From assembly GCF_006345805.1 (NCBI RefSeq), contig NC_043008.1, positions 67,022,001-67,086,000 on the forward strand: 64,000 nucleotides of DNA, given 5' to 3'. Positions within the stretch are counted from its first letter, which is position 1. Each line of letters starts with the position of its first letter. This stretch comes from Octopus sinensis (Eukaryota). Positions 12,715 to 25,396 of this stretch are shown piece after piece. Both the position numbers and the translations under genes were made by a program. The notes under the pieces are model-generated. The model made no database searches and had not been told where the DNA came from. It saw nothing but the letters and a program-made list of their open reading frames with translations.

Positions 12715-13127
12715 TAGATATATTGTCTGAATTTTATAGTGTTAATTACCAATCATGGCTGGTCTTACCAACTGGTTTCATGTGAAATTATATAATGGGG
12801 TTTTAGGCAACAAATCAGTTATACAATATACGCTCATCAGAGTTAGCCGATATGGAAGGGGAAATGGTGACTGCCGGGGTATTATATTATTTACGGAATT
12901 TCAGGCAGGGTATTATATTATTTACAGAATTTCAGGCAAGCTATTATATTATAAAGAATAGTGGAGAGTGGTCACCATTTCCCCCTCCATGTCGGCTATC
13001 TCTGTCGAGCATATATTGTATAACCAGTTTGTTGCCTAACACTCCATAATATAATTTCATGCGAAACTGATTGATAAGACAAGCCATGATGGATAATTAA
13101 CATCATAAAATTCAGACAATATATTTA
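12715..13127. mobile_element. Foldback element with about 155-bp arms and internal tandem repeat
   Basis: ATATATTGTCTGAATTTTAT...GGAAATGGTGAC mirrored by GTCACCATTTCC...ATAAAATTCAGACAATATAT; spacer carries about 2.5 copies of GGGTATTATATTATTTAC(G/A)GAATTTCAGGCA. Confidence 0.85.
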
Positions 13128-13729
13128 TATTTATTTATATATATCTAAAGAGGCAGGTAAACACAAGTAGGCTTGATGAGCATAATTACATGGAATAAAC
13201 AAAAGGAATTACATAATAGTCTTATCTTGACAGCTGTTTCAGGTGAAACATGGCTTATGCTATAACCAAGTTGATTATATAATAATAATAATAAAGATCC
13301 ATAATGTCACAGGTGTATGGAACAATATGAGTTCTGATAGATCAATAAGGCATAATCATGTTACCTACATCAGAGGATTCTGGCTAAAAGTGCATTTCAC
13401 AAGTGTTTACAAAGATGAGGCATGGTGTTGGGTAGAGTGGAGTGGTAAGGAACAAAAAAACAAAAACTCAGAGGTAAAGATGGGAAGGGGGAGAGGAGTG
13501 GGGTCACTGAAGTAGAAATGTTGGTATGAAGACATCAGTTGATGGTGACCAGAGAAAAGAGAGATAAAATAGGTTGCAGGGAGGTCTGTCAAAGTGTAGA
13601 CAATAAGTAGATGTCTGGCAGTAGGTAGTAAATAAATGTTAGAACTGCCTGAGCACTACTCTATGAATATTAGGAATACTTTACCATTCTCCAATACACT
13701 AGATGGACAGATGGATGGCGAGGTAGATA

Positions 13730-14440
<711 letters not shown>

Positions 14441-14836
14441 TGAATGTATGAACAAATAAATGCAAGTACACATGCAAGCATGGAAGTTGTAATTCTCCTG
14501 AGAATTCACACAACTCTCAATTCTCCATAAGTTTAGAGACACTATTCCACTCGAGAAATGACAAGTTAGTAACAACAATCTTAGTACAGGATTGTATTGT
14601 ATTCATCATAGTTCATTCTTCCCATGAATTGTCAATGTTCCTGCTTCCTTGCTAAGAGTCATCCATCATTTCATCACACACACACACATGCATGAACACT
14701 TTCTCTTTCTTTCTGTCTTGTCATAAAGTTATTAACCTGTCAGTATATTCTATGATTGGATATGAGCATGTTGAGCTATTGAGCTTTTGTATGATATCAA
14801 TATTGATTTATTATCATGTTCTCAGTCTAACACTTA

Positions 14837-14867
<31 letters not shown>

Positions 14868-15789
14868 AGTGACATGTGGATGGATGGATGGATGAATACC
14901 GAGGTAGTTAGCTAGATAGATAGGTATAAGCACAAAGGTTAGTGCAGGGATAAAAGGATTAGATGTAATAAGGTAAATAAGAAATGGAGAAATGAGTGAG
15001 TCAGAGATACCCAAGTGGTTGGGGTATGAGACCAGCCAGCTCTGAGAAGCAGAAGCTAATACAGTAGTGACAGAAAGAGGGAACATCACAATGGTGAACC
15101 ATCAGATAGAATACAGAGTGGTAAATGCCAATCAGTCAAGTGCCCTTCTCTAGATGTGGCCCTAGATGTCAGCATGCACAGCAGCTACATCTTACCAGAT
15201 ATGGATGCAGTACCCTATTATGGGGATCACTTGAACCTAGTAGATTGTCAGAAACTACTGGAGACTGAAATGCTTTCAAGCCCTAAGAGGAGATCATTTG
15301 TGCCATAGAAAAATCTATGATCACAAGCAAAATATGTACAATGAGGATTGCCGTTAATGTGCAACAGTCAAACGCTATAGATGAAAGAGGTCCCTTGAAG
15401 TTGGAGCAGTCAGGATGTTCTCTGAAAGAGCCTTCCCAGGAGAACATGGACAGTTGTTAAAAGTATTATAAAGGAAGAGATAATGAGTGGTGAGATAACA
15501 AACACTCTAGGGGGTTGGTTTGGAGTCGGTTGATTGAATTATTGAGAATATTTGAACACATCAAATATGTTTGCTACCTGGGTGTTGAGAATGCTGACTC
15601 CAGAAACAAAGGGTAATAAGGTGGGATATTCTGAGGTAAATTTCATATACCTGAATGAGAATTGGGATCTATTCAAGTGGCAATTTAATAATCAGAAAAG
15701 AGACATGAATTCACCATTAGAACATCAGAATGGGAAAAAAAGAAAAAAAAACTGAAGGAATGAAAGCACAAGAATTCTTTGCTACCTAA

Positions 15790-16080
15790 GAAATTTAAAA
15801 TTCATCCCAGTTCAGGTAAGATGATGTTTATAATCTTCTGTTCCAAGTGTTTATTGATTATATGCCACACCAGGCAAGAGATAATCCTATCATGCTGACG
15901 AGCTGCAGCAGTTGCTGGATTATATCTCAAGAAAGCTCTGTGGAAAGCTGAATGCCAGTATCTCTCTTTATAACAATACTCCAGCCTGTTTGATTTTCAT
16001 AACAAAGACTGTCAATCATAAATATGAATACAGCATCCCTTCTACCTGTGATTTTCACCTATTTCCAAATTAAGTGAGGA
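15790..16080 (+). pseudogene. Highly decayed mariner transposase fragment
   Basis: Piecewise translation gives PSSGKMMFIIF..LLIDY...and TCDFHLFPN, matching SAGKVMASVFW..LLIDY and YDFHLFLK of the better preserved copy at 59355-59687. Confidence 0.55.
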
Positions 16081-16604
16081 GTAATTGTTATTATATCTTG
16101 TTAAATGTTTTCAGTGTTGAGGAGTTGAGTTTCAAATGTCAACAAAGTTGATTTCTTTGGAAATTTTAATTTATACATTAAGTCAACTTCAAAATAAAAA
16201 AGGTTGGACAAAGCTACAAAATAATTTGGTATAAATGAAGCACTAGCTAGAACAACTAAAAAGATTGGAGCGAAAATTAGGAACAATAAATTTAATAGAT
16301 TTTCAATAATTCTAAAACACACACTATACAATTACAGTAACATTATGGAGACAATGGAGAAAGCTCTATTATTTTGAATAGAAAATAGTACAATTTGGAG
16401 GTCAGACGAGTCCGCAATGAAGAATTGAAGTTGCCTATAGAATAGTAGTTGGCTCAGTAGGATGAATTGTTCTACTTCAGTGGCGTTGAGATGCTACACA
16501 AGTGATGTGAAAAGAAATGTACTGAAGTTATTGATGACTTTGTTAAAAAATAAAAGCATTTTGCAAGATATGAATGTATTTTTTCCGGCTATTATGTCAT
16601 TAAG

Positions 16605-16818
16605 TACAAGGGGATGCTGAAAAGTTCCTGGTTTTGGGTAAAAGAAAATACAGAAGGATCAGTTAATTATGATTTTATTGAACATATTCTCCTCTCAGAT
16701 TCACCCACTTAATGCAGCAGTCCTTCAGTTATTCTAAGCCCTGTAAAAGAACTTAGAAGGTTGGTCTTCCAAACAGGACTTTTGCACCTCCTTGTATACA
16801 TTTCAGCAGCCCCTTGTA
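16605..16818. mobile_element. Non-autonomous mariner-type MITE
   Basis: TA-CAAGGGGATGCTGAAAAG at left, TTTCAGCAGCCCCTTG-TA at right (inverted terminal repeats with TA TSD). Confidence 0.8.
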
Positions 16819-17108
16819 TACTGGGATCAAAATATTTGGAACATTCTTCATTTAGGAGAGAGAAAAAAAGTTTGTGTGTGTATGTGTAGTCTGGTTTGTG
16901 AGTGCATGTGTGTATTTATTCGTGGGTGTCAGTGTGTCAAACATAGCATGAGAAAGATCCTTTTTTTCAGTGTCTTCTAAAACCAGATGGTTTCATCATC
17001 ATCATTATCATCATCATCATTTAGCGTCCGATGATGATGATGATGATAAAGTATATTATGTTCAGAATCAAAGCAACAACACAAATAGAAATGCTACAAA
17101 ACACTTAC

Positions 17109-17260
17109 CAAGTCTAAAATCTGATTGAGAGAAAGTCCGAAATCTACACTAACAGTTGAACTTGCATTTCGGACAGGACGGGAAAGTGAGTTATAATTGT
17201 CAAATAGTTGTGCGAATAACCGTCGCTCCACTCCATGGTACTGATTAATCCGGGAACGAC
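17109..17260 (-). CDS. Internal coding exon (exon 2 equivalent) of a Cys-loop ligand-gated ion channel, nicotinic acetylcholine receptor-type subunit
   Basis: Encodes (G)RSRINQYHGVERRLFAQLFDNYNSLSRPVRNASSTVSVDFGLSLNQILDL, the nAChR helix-1, Y...RPV.N and beta-1 FGLSL.QI.D signature; acceptor ATTCTCATTTCAG, donor TTG|GTAAGT; 152 nt, phase 1 in and phase 0 out. Confidence 0.9.
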
Positions 17261-17529
17261 CTGAAATGAGAATGGATCTTTTATAGACATACTGAATCAG
17301 CAAACAGAGCAGTTCAAACATGTGTAGTTGTATGAGATATGTGTACAGGGATGGGGAGCTGTACAAAGGAAAGGAAATCAAATGGACGTGATACATGTAA
17401 TAGAATTAATATGCTTGTTTAGTTAGTCAAAACCTTAGAAAGCCAGATGGTACAAGGAACATGAATGATGATATAACTAAAGCCAACTAAACCCGGCTAT
17501 TCTCATAACTTGTGTTTCTTTCTTTCTTT

Positions 17530-17930
17530 CTTCCTGTTTCACCTCGACAGGGAAGACGTATTGTTTTCTGTTTCCTGTCCAGGCTTGTTTCTTCTCACTC
17601 GCCACCACAACCTTGTCTAGGCTTAGCCCTTCCTTTTTTTTTTTTTTTTACTGTCCTGTTTTTGTCACCATCTTGACCCTCCGCAAGATTGCAAATTTTA
17701 TTTAATTTTCTTTGCGGGAGCAACTGTTTTATCAAAGATGTATCTTGTCACGAAATGCTCAAAATACGAACTAGAAAAACAGGTGACAACTGATGAAGGG
17801 TCCTTCCTTATGTTGCTTGTCTTATTTTCCATTTGTTTCTTTTGTTGCTTGCAAAAAAAGTCCTTATTCCATGTCCTTGTACTTCGTATTTTTGTTGTTA
17901 ATGTTTTGTAACGTCCTGTGCCCATGTATG
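17530..17930 (-). mobile_element. Dispersed repeat, probably Penelope-like terminal repeat relic
   Basis: Shares (G)TACAGGAC(G/A)TC and CCTTCATC(A)GTTG blocks with 21238-21720 and 38112-38290; carries CTGATGA. Confidence 0.45.
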
Positions 17931-18210
17931 CATATGTATATACGTAAACATATATGCACGTATACGTATGTATATGTGCATATGTATATAAATATTTTTT
18001 TGACTATTTATTAAAATTTTATGTATTGATTAAGTCTTTCCTTGTTTGTTTTGCAAAATAGTGGTTTTGTCTCTAATAATATTTTATAAATATATATATA
18101 TATATTATTTATATTATTATATGACTGAACACCATACATCTGTTTCCAAGCATATTAATATATACATATATATACATACATATACACATATGTATATATA
18201 GAAATATATA

Positions 18211-18240
<30 letters not shown>

Positions 18241-18242
<2 letters not shown>

Positions 18243-19470
18243 CAGGGGTTGGACAAAATAATGGAAACACTTCGCATCACAGCATCATAATTTCAAGGTA
18301 TCTATAAAACAATCAAAAGCTTGTTTATTTTTATGTTTCTTGATTTATTATTAGCATTGCTTAATATGTTTTGCTAAAATTACTGTTTCTTTTCAGATAT
18401 CATCAGAATAAGTAATTAAAATTCATTAAAATGACAGATCTAATGCACTTTCGATTAGGCCAAATTGTTGGTGCTTGTATGGCAGGTGCTAGTGTAACGA
18501 AAATAGCTGAAATGTCTGGTGTATCAAGAAGTACTGTCTCAAAAGTAATGAATGCCTTTGAGGAAGAGGGAAAAACCTCTTCATCGAAACAAAACTCAGA
18601 AGGAAACCAACACTTTCAGATAGGAACCATTGGACTCTTACGTGAATTGTTAGAAAGGATCACAAAAGCACAGCTCCCAAAATTACTGCAGAATTTAATG
18701 ACTACCACGAGAACCCAGTTTCCACAAAAACTGTTTGCTGGGAGCTGCACAAAGCCAGATTTCCCGGGAGGGCTGTAATCAGAAAACCACTACTTGCAAA
18801 AACAAACGTTACAAAGCGCTTAGAGTGGCATAAAAACCTACACAACTGGTCCTTAGAGCAGTGGAAGAATGTTATTTTCTTGGACGTGTCATCCTTTACC
18901 TTATTCCCAACCACCAGCCAAGTATACATGTGAAGACAGTCAAGAGAAGCATTTGACCCAGACTGCCTTCTTCTAACTGATAAACAAGTAGGAGGATCTG
19001 TGATGATCTGGAGTGGGGGCTATATCTTGGAAATCCACCAGCCCAATGGTTTCCCTTCATGGCAGAATTAATAGTCAAGACTATTTAAGCATTTTATCTG
19101 ATCAAATTCATCCTATGGTTGTGGAACTGTTTTGGATGGAAACGCAATCTTTCAGGATGATAATGCACCAATTCACACAGCTAAAGTTGCTACTGAATGG
19201 CATGAGGAACATTCTGGTGAAGTTCAACATCTTATCTGGCCACCACAGTCCCCAGATCTCAATATTATTTAACATTTATGGTGAGCTTTAGAAAAACAAG
19301 TAAGGAGTCGATATCTTCCACCATCATCACTACAAGAACTGGAGACTTTTAGCTGAAGAATGGACAAAAATTCCTTTGGAAACAATTCAAACTTTGTACA
19401 AGTCTGTAACTCATAGAATGCAAGCTGTAATTACTGCCAAAGGCGGTCCTACCCCATATTAAAATAAATT
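18241..19470 (+). mobile_element. Tc1-family transposon with frameshifted transposase; right TIR lost
   Basis: TA-CAGGGGTTGGACAAAAT left TIR; HTH segment GQIVGACMAGASVTKIAEMSGVSRSTVSKVM; later frames give VMIWSG..SW, FQDDNAPIHTA and WPPQSPDLNII motifs. Confidence 0.9.
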
Positions 19471-19591
19471 ATATGAAATGTTACATATATATATAGGCAT
19501 ATATACATATATATATGTACATATATACATATACACACAAATAGATATACATATATATACATATATATATATATACATACATACATTTATA

Positions 19592-19647
<56 letters not shown>

Positions 19648-19867
19648 CACATATATATACACAGACATATATACATACACCTACATAAATATATTCATAT
19701 TTATATATATATATATATACACACACATATATATAAATATGCACACACATACACACACACACATATATATATATAAATGCATACATATATATATATACAT
19801 ATATATATAAATGGATATATATATATATAGATAGATAGATAGATAGATATACACACATACATAAGAC

Positions 19868-19930
19868 TAAATCATGATGTTAATTACCAGTTAAATGGGC
19901 AATTTAACTGGTAATTAACATCATGATTTA
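19868..19930. repeat. Perfect 29-bp inverted repeat with 5-nt loop
   Basis: TAAATCATGATGTTAATTACCAGTTAAAT-GGGCA-ATTTAACTGGTAATTAACATCATGATTTA. Confidence 0.95.
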
Positions 19931-20658
19931 AAGTGTTCCCCTACCCAGACTCATTTTATAGACACTTGCTCTGTATTCAATTGACTACTCCTAATGTCTT
20001 CTTCCCTCCCTGAGCAAAAGAGATACATATGACAATATTTATGACCATACCTAGCCATGAGCAGTCAACTCACTCTTGTCCTTTATTGAAATCAGACACA
20101 GTCTTCTAGTCTTAGATATAGTAGTTGATAAAGAGATAAATAAAGTAGAAATGAATTACAATGCTTTACAAACTATGACCTCAATGGTCTTCATGTGATT
20201 CCTGGAAGTGTAGTCTATACTTAGCAACAATAGCGACAACATGAATTTCTTCCATCTCCTTGCTCTCTTGAATTATTTGAGAAAAATTATATTAATGTGT
20301 CCGACTGGTTAAAATTCTATTTATTTATTTATTTGTGCAGCACAAGATAGCACTGCATTTAAATTGATGTAATGATTGTATTGTTCAATTAAATTAAGCC
20401 GCTTGAAATGGTCATACTGCATCACTAATTGATATCTTGTTGCTTTTTTGATTTTATATACGTACATAGATACACACGCACATACACACACACACATATA
20501 TTTACATACATTTATATATACATACATATAATTAATAATATCAGGGTAAGAAACAATTTTAGAAATTTTTACCACCAGTGGCCTAGCATGTAAAAAATTT
20601 TGGCAATAGACTATATATAATTCATATAAATACACTGTATTTATATGAGTACATACTG

Positions 20659-20703
<45 letters not shown>

Positions 20704-20759
20704 TATATATACATACATACATACATATATATGTATGTATACATACATATATATATATA

Positions 20760-20910
20760 TATATGTATACATTTTCTCTCCCTGTTGATTTCGAGCATAG
20801 GCTTGAAATGTAAAAGACTGTCTCACTTCCTGAGCATTAAACTAATACATCTGTTTCTTGTGTACGCACCTGTCTTTGCCTTTTGTTTTTGTAAATTCTC
20901 ACTATAATAT
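20760..20910 (+). mobile_element. Penelope-like terminal repeat relic with decayed hammerhead-like motif
   Basis: Homologous to the reverse complement of 23830-23980 (GAGC-(A/G)TAG-GCT(T/C)GAAA..AAAAGACT..TTCCTGAGC). Confidence 0.55.
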
Positions 20911-20925
20911 ATATACATACATACA

Positions 20926-20971
<46 letters not shown>

Positions 20972-21170
20972 ACTCTTTTACTTGTTTCAGTCATTTGACT
21001 GCGGCCATGCTGGAGCACCGCCTTTAATCGAGCAACTCGACCCCGGAACTTATTCTTTTGTAAGCCCAGTACTTATTCTATCGGTCTCTTTTGCCGAACC
21101 GATATAAGATAAAACTTATTGGAAATGGATGCATGGTGATCAATCAAATAATAATATAATATATATATGC

Positions 21171-21215
<45 letters not shown>

Positions 21216-21889
21216 TACATATGTATATAGGTATGAATATATCGGTACAGGACGTCACAAAATGTAAACAACATGAAATATGTAAATAACGCTGGGTATG
21301 CAAAGAATGAGAGAAACAACAGAAAACAAGACAAGTAACAAAAAAAATTATCCTTCATCTATTGTCAGCTGTCCCTCTATGTCTTATTTCGAGCAATGGA
21401 TGACAAGATAAGACTTTGAAGGCAGTTGCTCCTGCGAACCAAAATAAAATTTGGGATTTACGGAGGGTCAAAGTTGGTATCTAAAACAGGACATACAACA
21501 AACCAAACAAAATGAATACAAACAGGGAGGGGCGTGTGGCTCAGAAGAGGTAAGGTAGCAAATGCTGGAAGAAGATTTTTTTATAAGGGAAAAGATAGGA
21601 GACAGATAGGAATGCATCTGGACTGTACAACAGACTGAAGGAAAAGAAAGATGATCACGTGAGGAAAGGAAAGATGGACAATGGTCACGTGTGAGCAATG
21701 AGAGACAGTAAAGGAGGAAGAGAGAGAGAGAGATGCAGACAGATAGCAAATGGTGAAGGGGTGAAAAAAGAATTAGAGAAAAGATTAGAGAGAAAACGAA
21801 CGGGAGAGAGACAAAGAGAGGGAACAGTATATATTAAGATAAAACTTACTTGGAAATGGATGTGTGGCATTCAATCAAATAACAATATA

Positions 21890-21930
<41 letters not shown>

Positions 21931-22069
21931 TTTGTACATACACACACAATTATATTCAAATTCACGTGTATATGAACATTTTTGTGTGCATATAGGTATA
22001 TATATGTGTGTGTGTGTGTGCATGTGTGTGGGTATGTATATATGTACATATGTATGACTGTATATATAT

Positions 22070-22790
22070 GTGCATGAGGACCAAAGAACTGAAGTATTTC
22101 GAATTGCAAGACAGTGTATGAGAGAAATTTGTGGTGTTACAGGAGAGAAATGTGTCTGCATGGATGATGGCACATTTGCCTTTAATGATTCTGCAAAGAA
22201 AGAAGCTTGGAGAAGTCATTATGAAAGGCTGCTGAATGTAGAGAATGAATGGGAGGAGGACAGCCTGCCAAATATTGACCCAGTAGAGGGAATCAATAGC
22301 ACCCTGGTAGATGAAGTCAGGGAAAGTCCCCGGCCCATCAGGAAGCACTGCTGAGATACTTAAAATATCTGGTAGTGTGGATTATGGTCTAGTCACCCAT
22401 ATTGTAAACCAAGTAGTTCACGAAGGAGTCATACCCAATGACTGGTGTAGCAGCACCATAGTCAACTGCTACAAAGGTAAAGGTGATGCTTTAGATAGTA
22501 ATGACTACAGGGGTATCAAACTGCTGGATCAGGTGATGAAGATCATGGAGAGGGTCATAGCCCAACTAATTAGAGAAAAAGTCTGCTTAGATGAGATGCA
22601 GTTTTGTGCCATGTAGAAGCACCACTGATGCTAAATCTCTGGTGAGGCAACTGCAGGAGAAATACCTAGGCAAAGATAACCCTTATACTCGGCTCTTGTT
22701 GACTTGGAGAAAGCCTTTGACAGGGTCCCCCGATTCCTTATCTGGTGGGCGATGCAGAAACTAGGGATAGACGAATCGTTGCAATGGTGT
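22070..22790 (+). pseudogene. RTE-clade LINE ORF2 fragment (linker and N-terminal reverse transcriptase), frameshifted
   Basis: WRSHYERLLNVEN, MKSGKVPGPSG, IPNDWCSSTIVNCYKGKGDA..DYRGIKLL, then VDLEKAFDRVP. Confidence 0.9.
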
Positions 22791-22934
22791 GGACACATCC
22801 TTTGCACAAATAGGGGTCAAATACCAACACAAACCTTTTATGGTTAGCTGATAAATTTACAAAGTAATTTAGGTCTGCCACTTCTATGATATAAAAACAA
22901 ATTCCAAGATAATTTGAATTTCCTGAATATTAGG

Positions 22935-23216
22935 AAAGAAAACTTTGAGGATCTTGTGAGAAACTATGCCAACTGAGGGAGAGAGTGCTTTTTCCAGCTT
23001 CAAGGTTTTGAAACACAAAGTATACTTTATCAAAAGCAGTTATACAAAAATAGGAAAAAGAACCAACAGAACAACAGTCTTCCTGCAAACCATTATTGTC
23101 CACATTGTGATTTTTCAGTGATATCCTGAGCTGGTTTAATAAGTCATGCTGATATTCATATCCATATTGCGTTTGGTGGCCTGAAGACTCACATGAAAAG
23201 TCACCAGGTGAACTAA
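22935..23216 (+). pseudogene. LINE ORF2 C-terminal fragment with CCHH zinc finger
   Basis: Frame from 23043 reads YKNRKK...HYCPHCDFSVIS*AGLISH...GLKTHMKSH (the TGA is likely CGA decay). Confidence 0.55.
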
Positions 23217-23684
23217 ATGAACTGTAAACATTGGTGAACAATAGTAATAATAATGTGCGTGTTATTGATTATCTGTCTGGTGGATTTTTTTTCTGTCTTC
23301 TCCTTAAACACTCATACATTGTCTTTCATGGGAGAGTCCATCATATATCATTATCATCATCATCATCATCATCATTTAATGTCTGTTGTCCATGCTGGCA
23401 TGGGTTGGACGGTTTGGCCAGAGCTTACAAGCTGGGGAACTACACCAGACTCCAGTCTGATTTGACATAGTTTCTATGCTGGATGCCCATCCTAATGCCA
23501 ACCACTTCTTAGAGTATACTGGGTGTTTTTACATGGCACTGCTTGGGTACTTTTACAAGGTGCTGCACAGGCACTTTTACATCGCACCTTTTATTTTTAC
23601 ATGGGTGCTTTTATGTAGCAAATACCATGAGTGCTTTTAATGTCACACAAGCCCAGGATACTTGCAGGTCAATCTTCACCATAT

Positions 23685-23772
<88 letters not shown>

Positions 23773-23814
23773 AAGAGAGAGAGAGAAGAGAGAGAGAGAG
23801 GAGATTAATTATTA

Positions 23815-24086
23815 CTCAGAGATTTAAAACTAATTGTGTGTATATAACGGGAAGGTTTACGAAAATAAACAAAAGACGAAGGCAGGTGGAGTACAAACAA
23901 ACAAATGTATTAGTATAGCGCTCAGGAATAGAAATAGAAAAAGTCTTTTATGTTTCGAGCCTACGCTCTTTGACAGAAAGATATACAGAAAAAAAACAAA
24001 GAGAGAAACAAGGAGAGAAAAAAGGAGAGAAACAAGGAGAGAAAAAAATGCGTGTAGGAGCTAATGATCTATCATGGCGTTCAGCA

Positions 24087-24120
<34 letters not shown>

Positions 24121-24330
24121 GAATATATAGTTAATCCAAACATGAAAACACAAAGAGAAAACACAACAACACGAGGACATGGAACAAGTATAGTGTTATT
24201 GGATGCTCAGGAAAGGAAAGAAAGAAGGAGGATTTAACGTTTTGAGCGGAGCTCTTCATCAGAAACATAGAAAGAGGAAGGATCCAAGGAAGGGAAGACG
24301 GAAGAAGAAAAAAATTGCCAACGATATATA
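23815..24330 (-). mobile_element. Two tandem Penelope-like terminal repeat relics, each with a hammerhead-like motif
   Basis: Motifs at 23945-23980 and 24233-24265, both followed on the minus strand by TTCCTGAGC and a pyrimidine-rich tail. Confidence 0.55.
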
Positions 24331-25086
24331 TTTGTTATATATATATACATAACAAAATATTGTTAAAGTTAATTTCCAAAATGTGTTGACGCAGTTTTCT
24401 AAAATCTTACTTCATGTACAATTCAATATAACTCTTTTCATATTCATTTTGCCAACGCAAATTTATCTCTATACACACTAAAGTCAGGTGCTTTTAAAAA
24501 TATATACAGTTATCCTTCAGTTTACATGGTACTCTGTTTGTACTGTACTCTATTTCTGAATTTTCACTTCTGCATCATTTTGGCTGGAGTCTTAGTAAGG
24601 ATCAATTTTTTTCTTTTCATTTTACATAAATAGAAATATCTCTTCATCGTTTCCATTTACGTATTTCACTTTCATTTTTTTCATTTGACAGTTCTCCAGG
24701 CCACACTCCAAACTAACATTTAAGTCAGAATTTTACATTTTACTAAATATTTTCAACATTGAATAAATGAGATTCAAATTTCACACATGGTTGATTTCTC
24801 TGAAAATCATGATTAAGATATTAAATCAACTTCAAAAGAGAAAAGGTGCCACAAGAAACTGAAAAACAGTTTTATATAAATTAAACAACTATTAGTATAA
24901 TAAAAAGAAGTGAAGAAAAATATTAGAGCCACTATAAACCCCGAAACTTCAACGTATTTAAAACATGCATCATACATATGCAGTAACATTATGGAAATAA
25001 TGGGAAAAGTTCTTTTTGCTTTGGATAGAGGATAAAACATAATATTACTACAGCACCTATAAAGACACACTAATACATACATATGT

Positions 25087-25121
<35 letters not shown>

Positions 25122-25396
25122 TACACATGCAGTGACAGTTCGACCAACACACCAACTCAACTACATATTTACAAACATCAGGAAAACTCGTAATTCAAAA
25201 AGCTTTGTTATTTTGTTAGCAACTGGCTTGAACACTCTCAAGAAGAACCTAAATAAACTCATGCATACATATATTAGTGGGTTTATAAGCAGTGTGCTTG
25301 TGGATAATTTACAAGGGTGCACAACTGTTGATGATGGTTCTTCTATCCCTGTTCACAAGCAAATTGTATTGCTGCAATGCTGACATTTATCATAAC

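Noticed and set aside
17109-17260. Assignment as a cephalopod chemotactile receptor or a named CHRN orthologue
   Set aside because: One N-terminal exon has no ligand-binding loops or pore; the intron-containing structure argues against the intronless receptor class as I recall it. No gene symbol given.
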